Source: Sphaerodactylus townsendi (Eukaryota). Taken from it: a DNA stretch of 64,000 bases. This document shows, in pieces, positions 39,872-51,832 of this stretch. A program made the position numbers and the translations under genes. The notes under the pieces are model-generated. The model did not search any database, was not told where the DNA came from, and was given only the letters and a program-made list of their open reading frames with translations. The DNA lies in contig NC_059427.1 of NCBI RefSeq assembly GCF_021028975.2, positions 16,864,001 to 16,928,000 of the forward strand, read 5' to 3'. Numbering within the stretch: the stretch's first letter is position 1; every line of letters starts with the position of its first letter.

Positions 39872-40989
39872 GTAAGTGTTTGAGAGAGGGCAGGAGCGGC
39901 TCAGGCACGAAAAGGGGGCACTTTGGGGGGTTGCCTCTCTCTGAGCACTCACCAAGAATGGCTCTTGGGGCATTTTGCTGGCTGCATTCAACTCGGGAGA
40001 GGAGCGCCTGCGTGGACTGGGAGAGGTGGGCAATTGCTGGTGGGATCCCGGTCTGTTTCGTCCAGTGCGTGAAAGCCTTTTGCAAGATCCTCGGACCTCT
40101 GAGCAAAAGCTAACATTTCACTGGTTATGTTTCTTTGTTTGCCTTCTTATTGAAGGCCCAGTTCCTAAGCAAATTTCTAATTTGGACGAAAGGTTGCAGT
40201 TTGCATCTGGCTCCCTCCCATGAAATGCGTGTTGTAAGGCTGTGAAGTAGCCCTGGTTTCCTCCTGGTGTTTGAAAGCATCCGGACGAGTGGTTTTGAAG
40301 AGGGATCTCATGCTTAGTAAGCGGTGTTGACTACATCCCTCTGACAGATGCAGGATAGATCAGGAGGCTCTTGGGCTTGTTTCTGCAGACAGAAGTGGGT
40401 GACGTTTTTGAGAGGTGGGGAAGAACTCACCACCAGCCCTTCTACATTGTCCCAGCAAGCGAGCGTGCAAATCCAGATGGCCAGTGGCTGCAGTCAGGCA
40501 GCCGTGGCTTAGCAGGTGGTCCGTTTTCAGCCCTGGTGCCTGTTGGAATAGGCTCTCTTCGGGGAAGAGTCTTCCCTTCAAGGTCTATGGATCTAGCACC
40601 AGAATGGACCATGACAGAAATTGGTGCTCTTTCCAAAAAATGGGGCCCAGGAAAAGAAGGGCTGCTGCACCCTGAGGGAAAATGATGTTTCCTCCCATCC
40701 AAAAGGCTTCCTTGAGTTACAGCTCAAATTATGAACACGCAGGCACATATCTGGAACATATTCTGTGTGTGTGTGTGTGTGTTTGATGGCTACACCCTCC
40801 CCCTATCCTCACCTTCCCACCTACCTCAAGCCACAGACCGTGAACCAGGTGAGTGGCAAGCATTGTGCCGGGAGCAGAAGGCGGGACCTGCTACAGCCCC
40901 AGTAAAGTCCATTGCAGGGGGAGATGCTTCCTCTTCCTCCCTTTGCTAGGGCCAATTACATCTCCCCCACAATGAACTTTGCTGCTGGT

Positions 40990-41287
40990 AGAAGAAGAAG
41001 AGTTTGGATTTATATACCCCCTTTCTCCTGCAGGAGACTCAAAGGGGCTTACAATCTCCTCACCCTTCCCCTCTCACAACAAACACCCTGTGAGTTAGGT
41101 GGGGCTGAGAGAGCTCCGAGAAGCTGTGACTAGCCCAAGGTCACCCAGCTGGCATGTGTGGGAGTGTACAGGCTAATCTGAATTCCCCAGATAAGCCTCC
41201 ACAGCTCTGATGGCAGAGCAGGGAATCAAACCCGGTTCCTCCAGATTAGATACACAAGCTCTTAAGCTCCTACGCCACTGCTGCTCC
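40990..41287 (-). mobile_element. tRNA-headed squamate SINE (Squam3-like)
   Basis: Full length: head ggagcagcagtggcgtagg, B box ggtttgattcc, (TTC)n tail. Confidence 0.85.
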
Positions 41288-42115
41288 TGGTATTTATATA
41301 GCTGTGTGTTGGCTGGAACCATGGCTTATTATTTACTCTAAAAACCCCAGGTAATGGCCTCTGGGAGGTTTTCTTTTGCTATAGTAAGATGTGAAGGTTT
41401 TATATAAAGTGGTTTGCAGCAGGAGGATGGGGGAAATCTGTGTCTGTAGTCGTAGCGTTGCATCTTCTGTACGTTTTAGTCTCTCCTTATCAACCACCAT
41501 CCTACCCAGAAGGTGTGACTTGTGCTCCTTGGCTTATTGCTTCTACTGCAGCCTACCCCGCTGCTGAAAAAAAAACAAGCTGCTTTAACAACTGAATAGC
41601 AGTTTGGCTCTTTGGCTTTGGGAACGGCTGCTGTGAAACACATGCGACTCTGGTTCTGTGTTCTGTTCTTGTATGTGCAGTTCTTTGATGCATGGATGTG
41701 TTTCTTTCTTTTATACTGGCCAGAGTAAGATCATGGAATTTGCAACAAATATACACCCTCCTTGCTTTGTAGATGGGTATTTCCCCCAAACTGAGAAGAA
41801 CTTGAACCAAGTACCGCACAGGTTTGCTTCATTTCCTCCGAGTTGTTACACACCCATTTCTTCCCCTATCCCTCCGTGGTGGTTGTCTTTCCTGAGCCAC
41901 TGTCTGCTTCACAAGTGAGGTCTTTTGCTAAAGCACCGTAGGGTTCATTTGTATCCTGTGAAGGGGGTGCTGAGGACATTGTTTTATTTTTTTTGTATGC
42001 TATATTGAAAGTCCTCACGTGCCAAAATCTCTCACCCACACAGCTGTATCAGACTTGCAAATAAAGACTGGATGGGATGGCTAACGAAGGAATCTGATAA
42101 CTACTTTGTAAAGCA

Positions 42116-42415
42116 TATTGTCGAAGGCTTTCACGGCCAGATTCAACTGGTTCTGGTGGGCTTTCCAGACTGTGTGGCCGTGGTTACAATACACTCAACC
42201 ACACCTTTGCATAGCAAGTTCCACCCAAACACTTAATGATTGGTTCCCCACTCTGGGACATACCACACTAAACGGTCCCTTCTCACTAGACACAGTGTGA
42301 AACAGATTTTTCTCTGTGATACACCTCTGAAGATGCCAGCCACAGATGCAGGTGAAACGTTAGGAACAAGATCCACCAGACCACGGCCACACAGCCCGGA
42401 AAACCCACCCAAACC
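42116..42415 (+). mobile_element. Penelope-like element terminus with inverted 5' portion and hammerhead motif
   Basis: 42156-42183 is the inverse of 42381-42409; CTGAAGA...GAAACGT core; short copy of the same terminus at 5999-6029. Confidence 0.75.
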
Positions 42416-43093
42416 ACTTTGTAAAGCGTTTCCTCTGCCTGTAGTCCCCTGTAGGCTTGTAAAGAACCCAGCAAAAACCTGGTAGTCATTATCGTGGCAA
42501 CATAATGAGTCAGAGATAGCTATTTATACTACCCTGAGCTCCTTGAAGGACATGCAAGTAAAAAATATGATAGATGAAGCGGTCCTTGACTCTAGTCCCC
42601 CTATGTGTGTCTTTTAAAAAAAATCTATCATATTATAGCTTGGACAATTTATATATATATATATATATGACAAGATATGAAAAGCTGGTATAGGATCTAT
42701 CTTAACTATGAGATTTACCTCCCCATCCATTCAGAGCTGTCACACAGGTGGGAGAAGGAAAAAATTCTTGACCACTGAAATGGTTCTTCCGGGAATTATG
42801 GGATAGGGTTTGCAGTGAGGAGGGTAACTGCATGAGACTGAGCAGGAAATATTGTCGGATTCAGCCCTATGTATTAAAAAACTCTTAGTGCAAATTTAAA
42901 GCGTTTGTGGGGAAAATAGAGGGTATTGCCACAGTTATAATTTTTGAAGCAGCTCCCCCTTCTCAAATCCTGTTCATGGATAGAGGTGGCTTTTTTAAAG
43001 TCATCTCTCGACACCTGTTCCCACCTTCAATATTTCATATGGCCATTGGCCTTAATGTAACGAATACTGATGGAATACGTTTTATTCTGCCAG

Positions 43094-44205
43094 GGGAAGA
43101 TTGGATCAAGAGTGAAAATGAAGAGGATGCTCCCCAGCAACTGGATCATGAGCCTGGGGATCCTGGCAAGCCATCTAAGACCTTATGGGAGGAAAGTGAA
43201 GACTTCCTGGATTCTGAGCAGCCTAACGGCCACAAGAGGGACTTGGAAACCCCCCAGGATACGTTCTCTGGAGAAATCTGTTTTGACTATGAAAATGGCC
43301 CTGGGAGTGTCTACTCAAATGACAGGCCATTTAAGTGTGATGTTTGTGAGAAAAGCTTCCGTCACAGTTCTAGCCTGCTTACCCATCGGAGACTCCATAC
43401 AGGGGAAAAACCTTACAAATGCACCGATTGTGGGAAAAGCTTTAACACCAGTTCAGCTCTCATAGTACACCGCAGGACCCATACCGGGGAGAAATCTTAT
43501 GTGTGCTCTGATTGTGGGCGGTGCTTCAGTGAAGGCTCCGTGCTCATCAAGCACTGGCGAATCCACACAGGGGAAAAGCCTTACAAGTGCACAATATGTG
43601 GGAGGGGCTTTCGCCAGAGCTCACAACTCCGTGCTCACGAGAGGACCCACACAGGCGAAAAACCCTACGAGTGCCAGGACTGCGGGAAATGTTTCAGCAC
43701 AAGCTCGAACCTCTCAGCCCATCAGAGGACCCACACTGGAGAGAAACCCTACATATGCACAGAATGTGACCGGCGCTTTGGCCACAAGTCACATCTCATT
43801 TCACACCAGAAAACCCACACAGAAAAACTGCACGCTTGTCCCGATTGCCCAGCAAGCTTCCGCATGATCCACCAGCTACTGGTCCATCGCAAATCCCACC
43901 AGGAGGAGAGGCGCTACAAATGCCTGCTCTGTGGAAAGACCTTCAGTTACAGCTCGGCGCTCCTTGCCCATCAGAGGATGCACACAGGTGACAGGCCTTT
44001 CAAGTGTCTAGAGTGCGGGAGGAGTTTCATTCGGAATTCGGACTTGAACAAACACCAAAGAATCCACACAGGCGAGAAGCCGTATGAGTGTCCTGAGTGT
44101 GGGAAGAGATTTAATCAGAGCTCACACCTGGTTAGCCACCGAAGAGTCCACTTTAAAAATGCTGCAAAAAATTCAGGTTCAAACCCAGCCACTCCGGTGC
44201 AGTAA
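43094..44205 (+). CDS. C2H2 zinc-finger protein, terminal exon with 10 fingers
   Basis: ccag|GG acceptor; [16 protein letters not shown] spacer; 10 C-x2-C-x12-H-x3-H repeats, mostly TGEKP linkers; AATAAA at 44745. Confidence 0.93.
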
Positions 44206-45164
44206 AGAGACAGAATCTTTCTGAAGATCACCTTCATCTCCTTTCTCGACTTACCGTTCTTTTTTATAAGTTATTTAGTAAACATAAACAGGAATGTGTG
44301 CATTACAAGCTTTTAAACAGGTCAAAATTCTGCACCAAAATAATTCAGATTGTTCATCAAGAAAGGATTATTTTGGCCTACATTCCCTATGCAAATTAAG
44401 TGTATTTGCATATTTTTATACAATTTGTTCTGCTTCTGTAGGTTACAATGAAGAACAAAGAGCTGTGTAAGTAAAGCTTCACTTCCAGTCGGTACACCTT
44501 ACGCTGCCTTATTTTTGGTTTATTACGTTTTTTTGGTTGCTTTATATTTGAGAAATACAGCTAGTACATTGTAGCTTAAAAGTGAAAAGATGTTCCTGGT
44601 GAAGCAGGACAGAATGATTAATTATTTCAAGAGACACCAAAAAACAAAAGGGCTGGCTTAAATCATGCTGCTTATTTTCCATGGGTTTATTTGTATGAAT
44701 TTCCAGCCATTCACTTCAAACCGGAGGGGCTTTCCAATCCCTATAATAAATCATGTTCCATTAAAGCATTTACCTGTATCTTAAGAAGGAGCTAGAGATG
44801 AAAAATGGATCGTAAAAAATCGGCTGTATTTTGTAAAAAAATAAATGAATATCTTTATCATCAAGAAATGAGTGATTAATTGGATTATATAATTTGCGTC
44901 CTTCCCTTGAAAGGTACTTATTAAAACATTGGTCAAGTAATGATTTCTACTAAAGGTATTCATGTGTACAGTGTTTCTTTTGGTAATCCTTTATCTAATA
45001 CTTACTGACTCCTCAACAGAGCTGTGGAAAATACAGCACAACCAATCCCGCCTCGAAAGGGTACAATACAGTCTTGATAAAAGTTGCTGCAGCATTTTGC
45101 CACTGAGTCAAGAAGGATGAAATTTGCAGCCCAGGTGCTTAATTTGATTCTGAAACTTAGTCAT

Positions 45165-45335
45165 TGTGGCTGGCAGTAGAACAGCTAGATTCAAGTTCAG
45201 GAACACCTTTAGAGACCAACGAAATTTTCGGAGTATAAGCTTTCAAGCAGGGTATTTGACCAAGGGAGATTTGCTTTATAATCCAAAAATCTTGGCCTCT
45301 AAAGATGCTGCTCGACTCAAATCTAGCTATTTTGA
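45165..45335. mobile_element. Degenerate palindromic Penelope-derived remnant
   Basis: agctagattcaagt..acacctttagagaccaa ... ttggcctctaaagatgctgctcgactcaaatctagct form an inverted pair. Confidence 0.5.
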
Positions 45336-46499
45336 AACATGCAACTCTTCTATTTTTGGAGTGGTTGGGAGGAGAGATGTTCATGTGTGAATGTTGCCAC
45401 TTCAGTTTTTCTAGATAGAACTTGAGTGTCAAAGCTGGTTTTTTGTTGTTTAGGATTCTCATGAGGGAAGCCTGTTGTATTTCTGTAAGACTTTTTTTTT
45501 TTTTGGCTTACAAGGGTCGGTTTTAAATAATTTAAGGATTACGTTATTTTTATTTTTAAAGCATCAAACGTTGCCTTCTGCCTACCTGCAATATAGATGT
45601 TCTTTCATTCTGCTGGAAACACTGATTATTCTCTGTGTGCTACAAAGCTATGCAGTGGTACATGCCATTAAACTCAGGGAATTGATCACCCCAAATTCAT
45701 GCTATGAATGATAGTTGTATTTTAAAAAATGATTTGAGGTTGTCTCAAAACTTTTCTTGTTGAGGATCCCTTAGTATGGGGTTAGATCCCACCAGCATTT
45801 ATGCTTGATCTCACTAAATTCCTGCCTCAGTGTGTCGTGTATATTCAGCTTGTATACAAAAAAAAAATCTTATGATCCTAGTCATAGCCTTTTAATGGTC
45901 AAAAGGAGACCTCTGTTACAAGCGGAAAAATTAGTGGACAGAAACCCAAGAACCATTTGAGTCAGATGTCCTGCTTATAAATCCTGTTGACTTGAGCAGT
46001 AAGCAAGCTTGGGATTGGAACATTGTCCCCCAATCCTGTTCCTGCTCATTCAGAAGTAAGCCCCACTGAATTTAAAGAGGCTTGCATCAAGCGCCTTTGG
46101 ATGTCAAGCAGTATTGGAGCTGTTAAATTAGAAGCAGGGCAATGTGTGCATTCCATGTAACCCCCTGCAATTCTGTGCCAAGAAAAGGGATTGAAAATTG
46201 AGCACAGATTTCACCAGTAATATGTTTCAACTGAGTCTTACAGGGGTCTGTTCCTGCCCAATGTTACCTCCTTTGATGGACACCTGCTTTCCCAGGTCTC
46301 AGGCAGAGAAAGTCTTTCCCAGCCCTGCTACCTCAGGATCTTTTAACTGGAGAGTCCTGAGAATGAACCTGCTTACAAGAGCACCCACCAGCTATGGCCT
46401 TTTCCTGATCTTGCACAAACTGCACACACACAGCCCTGAGCGAATATAGGCATCTCCTTACATATTAGTTGCTGGAACAAAAGCAATCTACATTGCTTA

Positions 46500-47066
46500 C
46501 CATATACCGGCGTATAAGACGACTGGGCGTATAAGACGACCCCTCCCCCCCACTTTTCCAGTTAAAATATAGAGTTTGAGATATACTCACCGTATAAGAC
46601 TACATCAAATGCTTATGACATGCAGGTGCTGGACGTCTCTAGGAGAACTCCAAAGAATTGTGCCCCGAACAACTTGGGGAAATTTTCCCACTCAGAGGAA
46701 GAAGAGAAACTTGACCCCCCCTCCCCTTTCACATTCACCAAGTTTTCAGATGATCTCTCCCTCTGGAACCGGGGGGGGGGGGGCGCACTGACAGTTGCAC
46801 TAGGATCATGGCAGGTGGTGGCGACGGGCTGCAGTTGCACAGGCAGGGAGGCAGGCAGGAGGCTGGCCAAGCTAGAGTAGGGCAAGTTTCGTGTTCAGGA
46901 GTGAGGAACTGAACTCATTGCGCGGGGTAGCAGCAGCAGCAGAGCTGCTGCTCCAGATCCTGGGTGCTCAGTACCACCCGCGCAGTACCCGGCGTATAAG
47001 ACGACCCCAGACTTTACAGATGATTTCCCAAGGTTCAAAAGTAGTCTTATACACCAGTATATACGG
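46500..47066. mobile_element. Tc2/pogo-like non-autonomous transposon
   Basis: TA flanks; TIR ccatataccggcgtataagac / gtcttatacaccagtatatacgg; internal ggcgtataagacgac repeats. Confidence 0.75.
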
Positions 47067-47577
47067 TACTATAATCTAAAATCAGTATCCAAAGAGGATG
47101 TCCGTGAGGCTGGGGAGATGGAAGAACAATGTGTCCTCATCTAATAGGAGAAGGATGACCAAGTAGGCCTGTCTTGCCAGGAAGGAGTTGCTGCCTGAAT
47201 TCGGAGGAGCAGAAGAATATTACCCCCACCTATGGGGAAAAGTCTTTTTAAAAAAGACACATGGAAACTGTTCTTTGCTTCAAAAGAGTTCATTAACCAT
47301 TAACAGTGCATTAATTACTAACCACAGGGCTGTGTTGAAATGGGAGCGTTCTCTCTTCAGTCAGAGGGCTGATAACTTAGACAGGTAGATTACTGAAGAG
47401 AAGTCCGGAGCTTGGTGTGGGAGCGCTTCTCTGCCAGTACATATGGTGACCGCCATGATCACAGATGGTTTTAAAAAGGGAACTAGACAGATTCATGGAG
47501 GATAGGTCCATCAGTGACTATCAGCCATGGTCGCTGGAAGGAACCTCCATAACGAGAGCTAGTAAACCTCTGAATAT

Positions 47578-47915
47578 CCTGATCTGGATGGCCCAGGCTA
47601 ACCTGATCTCGTCGGATCTCACTAAGCAAGGTTGGCCCTAGTTGGTATTTGGGCGGGAGACCAGGGTCGATTCCCCACTCACCATTAGATGTGTGCTCAT
47701 CGCTCCAAATGGGGAGCATGAATCCGTGCTCAAAAGCTCCTGATTCATATGAAACAGGTTTGAATCTACTTTCAATTTTGAAGTGGGGAATCGACCCAAG
47801 AAGAAATACTGCAGACACCATGCAGAGGAAGGCAATGGCAAACTATCTTTATCAGTCTCTTGCCTTGAAAACTCTGCTGGGTTGCCATAAGTCGGCTTCA
47901 AATTGACGGTACTTT
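47578..47915 (+). mobile_element. 5S-derived SINE interrupted by a Harbinger-like MITE (47664-47797)
   Basis: 5S-like head ending gggagacc, Sauria-type tail ggcaatggcaaac...gccataagtcgg; insert has a perfect 16-bp TIR gggtcgattccccact. Confidence 0.75.
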
Positions 47916-48103
47916 ATGCACACTCATATCCTCTGAATACTGGGGGAAAGGGCAATATCTGGGTCTTTGCCCTCTAGGCCATTGAGTTGGCCACTCTTTG
48001 AATCCAATGCTGAAACAGATGTGCCAGAGGTGTGCTGCAGTATGGTACCTTTCAGGTTCTTAGAAACAACTAGAATATTTTAAGCTCAGTATGTAGTGAT
48101 ATT

Positions 48104-48320
48104 ACAGTGTGGTGTAGCGGGACTAGATTTGGGAGACTAGATTTGTTTCCACACTCTTACACATGAAGCCTGCTGGGTAATCTTGGGCTAGTCAGTTACC
48201 TCTGAACTCTTTTCAGCCCCACCTTTCTCACAAGGTGTTTGTCGTGGGGAAGGGAAAGGAGTTTGTAAGCCGCCTTGAGTCCCCTTACAGAAGAAAAAGA
48301 TGGGAGTATAAATCCAAACT
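48104..48320 (+). mobile_element. tRNA-headed squamate SINE
   Basis: Same family as 9672-9960. Confidence 0.75.
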
Positions 48321-48405
48321 ATTTTTATTCTGAAATTTGTCTGGACAAAATGACAACTCATCTTGGTTTCATTATTTGGCCCGTTTGTAAAAGATATGTG
48401 CCACT

Positions 48406-48923
48406 TTAGGGGCAAAGTCTAAGCTGTGATCTCCGCCCCACCCACAGCCAGGGATAGATTCTTTCTCCTTCAAAAGAAACTGATGGGAATGTAAAGATCC
48501 AAGTATCCTTCTTTGCATCAAAAAATGCTATCTGACCTGCTTCATAGTCTAGGCAGACCCGTACCTTTTGGTGCATCTTGCTCAGGGGCAGTGATGTGGG
48601 AGGGGAGGTCAGAGCTCGGTAATGATCGTTCCCTAAATGCTCTAAAGCCCAAATTCCCTCTTCAGGCCGGAAGTTGAACTTTCTCCTCCTCTTCACAGAT
48701 TCTCTGGCCATGCCCACGGCCCAACACCCCCCTTCGACCACCTGTACCTCCCAACAGTGCTTCCCAGAGTGAAACCCTTCACGGCCTAAGATGCAGGGGT
48801 ACACGTCAAATCGGTCCCGAGACTTGGCACGTTTCTGGCGTCTATCTCCCAACTTCACACTTTTCCCATTGTCGGACAGGATGAGGTAAGGGCCTGCTGT
48901 GTCCAAATCCAGGGTCACGTCTT
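48406..48923 (-). CDS. TRIM-like gene terminal exon (PRY-SPRY/B30.2)
   Basis: DVTLDLDTAGPYLILS...GKHCWEVQV..WAVGMARESVKR..PEEGIWAL...VRVCLDYEAGQIAFF...LRLCP-stop. Confidence 0.93.
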
Positions 48924-49263
48924 CTGCAAAGAAACAGATGGAATCACAGGGTTAGAGCCTGTCTCCACCACTAGACTACCACTTGATGCCCGCCCTGAAT
49001 AAGCAGTTGGCATCTTGGAGCTACTGTAAATTGGAGACTGGGGCAAAACCATGCCCAATGCTTTAGAAAGGATCAGGCAAAACATGCATTAAGCCACACT
49101 GTTAGCAACACTTCCACCCATTTGGATGGAACTTGTTTATTAAAGCATCTGTCATCCAGCCCATTACACCTTTCTGACACCTGTTCATTACAGCCACTGT
49201 TCCTTCCCTTATGAGTAAGAAGTTAATCCTTCCTTTAACAAATTAATTCAGAGCCTCACATAC

Positions 49264-49410
49264 CTACTGGAGATGCAGGATTCAGTGTGGAAACACAGCT
49301 CGGGAGAGTCTTATCCTCCTCCTGCAAGAATAAACACTTCTGAACTGTCTGCACGCCTGTTGTCAAAGACACATCCTCTCCTTTTTCCTGCAGTTCGAAT
49401 GTCACAGAAT
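49264..49410 (-). CDS. TRIM-like gene linker exon (147 bp)
   Basis: ttag|AT TCT GTG ACA TTC GAA (DSVTFELQEK...); donor G|gtatgt; phase 1-1. Confidence 0.55.
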
Positions 49411-50188
49411 CTAATGAAGAGCAAAGGAGGAAGATTTCTGACTTCATGCTGCATTGTTTGAGATTTCATCTACCATGCTATCATCAAACAAAAACAGTGG
49501 AGGAGAAAAACAGTCAGGAAGGAAGAGGAGAGAGTCCTGATTTATCTTTTTGAGGGCTAGGACACGACATGCTAAAATCACTCTTCAGAAATGTTCAAGG
49601 GGAGGGGAAACACACTCAACAGATAAGCAAATTGAGAGAGGGACAAGCTGTGAAGCTAGAATTCAGCAGGCTTAAAATGGGAGTGCCACAATCAGCCTCA
49701 ACTGTGTCTCCAAAATCAAGATGCTGTTACACATTTGCAAAGCAGAGCTGAGAGGAGTGGTTTCCAGAAGACAAATGGAGGGCATAATCCTTCCCATCCC
49801 TTGCTTGTTGGTGTTTCCAGAACAATGAATCCACCACAAACGTGGGTTCAGTACTTGGGTTGAGGGGAAAAGACCAAAGGATCAATAGGGAACAGGGGAA
49901 AGTTGTGGGACAGACACCCTCCAGTTTCTCTCCGGGAAGCTGTGCCTTCGTGCTTCTGCTTTGCAGAGAAATTCCTTAGGCCAGGCTGGAGTGGAAGTAA
50001 GGGAGAACAGGCCATTCTGTAAAGTCCATTCTGTAGACTCCACAGTGACCACTTTCCCAGATTTCTTTCACATCCTGCTATGAGAATAATGCACACACAT
50101 CATATCTGCCATTTACTATTCCCAAATATGAAAAGTTAGCATACTGGATAACATATTTCCTGTATCTTTTTAAATATAATCTCTAAGG

Positions 50189-50337
50189 CAGGGTTCAGTA
50201 ACTCTGTGGCTTTCCTAGATACCATGGACTTCACTTTATCAGCTCCCCTGCCAGCATGGCCAATTGGCCATGCTGGCAGGGGCTGATGGGATTTGTAGTC
50301 CGTGAACATCTGGAGAGCTGCAGGTTGCAGACCCCTG
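50189..50337. mobile_element. hAT MITE (URR1-like)
   Basis: caggg...ccctg ends; perfect 8-bp TSD CTCTAAGG; same palindromic core as 14733. Confidence 0.85.
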
Positions 50338-50559
50338 CTCTAAGGGAAGGAGCTCTCTGGTGTGGACCAATTTTCTCTCGCCTACTAATTTTGCCAATCT
50401 AAGGGCAGGTTTGATATAAGCAACTTTACTCTTGCCAACAAAATAGATTTCTGTTACTCAGATGAATCAAGCTTCTATCTTGGCCCCGACATCTGGGCCG
50501 CCTGTCACCAACTGGGACTCACCATGCCTCCCTTTCTGAGGGGGGAGGGATTTTTATTA

Positions 50560-50748
50560 TTGGAATGTTGGACGCCATTTTAACCCACTGAGTTTTTATA
50601 TAATTAGAACCACAGCTATGTAAATTTTTATCGCTGCTCTTAATTGTCTACTTGTTTTTATATTGTATCCTTATATATTGTACACCGCCCAGAGCCCTTC
50701 GGGGATGGGGGGTATAAAAGTCCAATAAAATAAATAAATAAATAAATA
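50560..50748 (+). mobile_element. L2 LINE 3' end
   Basis: tgtacaccgcccagagcccttcggggatgggg..tataaa plus (AAAT)n tail. Confidence 0.7.
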
Positions 50749-51329
50749 TCCTTCAGACGTCCCACTTCTTATATAAGCTAACAAGCATTTCCAGTGTCTC
50801 TCCCAGCCTATGGATTCCAGATATAAACACAGTCTTCTCAGCTACTGGGACTGGTAGAGCACAGAAATGTACCCGAGAGATGCAGGTGCCAGTCAGAGAA
50901 GTGCAGTGAATAAGCCACTAGAAACAATATTGGGAAAAATTAAGATCAGACATGGGAGGTTGTTATTCAAGAGTTTAGAAGGCTAATGGCTCAATGCGGG
51001 GTAGGGAGAGAGGGAGTTGTGGAGATGGCAGGGCCCTACACTGGTAGATTTGCTCTCCCCGGGGCACTTACCCCGGTAGATGGGCAAATCCATTGGCAGG
51101 TGGTCACTGCTGTCCTCCACTACTCCACTGGCATAGTGGGGGTGTTCCAGAGGCATGGCCAGGGATAGAGACGACAATAGTTGGCTTCCATCCTGGCTTT
51201 GCCTCCCGTGACACTGAGGCTTGGACTTACACCATTGAAGGCTATGGTGGCAGGAAGGAGTTCTTGTTATTTGCCTCCCCATGGTGCCCTCTGAGGGCAG
51301 CTGGGCAGCACTGCCAACCCTGGCTGCCT

Positions 51330-51832
51330 CAAAAATGTAGCCTTCATCTTCTATTAGCTCCCATTGAAAACAATGGAGGATGGAGGGCTCCCTTTGGGAG
51401 TCCATAGCCTTGGACCCCCTGGACCAAACTTCACAAAACCTGGGTGGTATCAATAAGAGACTCTCCTGATAATACATCCCAGGTTTGGTGAAGTTTGGTT
51501 TAGGGGGTCCAAAGTTATGGACCCTCAAAGGTGTAGCCCCCGTCTTCCATTAGCTCCCATTGGAAACAATGGAGGATGGGGCACTCCCTTTGGGAGTCCA
51601 TAACTTTGGACCCCCTGAACCAAACCTCACCAAACCTGGGTAGCATTATCAGGAGTGTCCCCCAAACAATCCCTGAAAGTTTGGTGCTGCTAGTCCAAAC
51701 AATGCGCCCCCTGCAGGCCAAAAACCAAAAAAGCACTAAAATGTCTTAGAAACCCACAAACGGGTGGGCGGAGCTTCGGACATGAATGGGGGGGTTCAAA
51801 CCTGAGAAACCCCCCCCTTACCTACGTCCATG
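51330..51832. mobile_element. DNA-transposon fragment with repeated ~120-bp modules
   Basis: ccaaacttcaccaaacctgg / gggagtccataactttggaccccc modules in direct and inverted orientation, shared with 8460-8760 and 62610-62845. Confidence 0.7.

Noticed and set aside
41773-41821. 49-bp candidate internal ZNF exon (tag|ATGGG...CAG|gtttgc)
   Set aside because: Its length breaks the frame between the phase-1 donor and the phase-1 acceptor
50052-50074. GATGTGAGAGAAATCTGGGAAAG (minus strand) resembling a duplicate 23-bp TRIM micro-exon
   Set aside because: No GT donor at the required position and out of order in the gene
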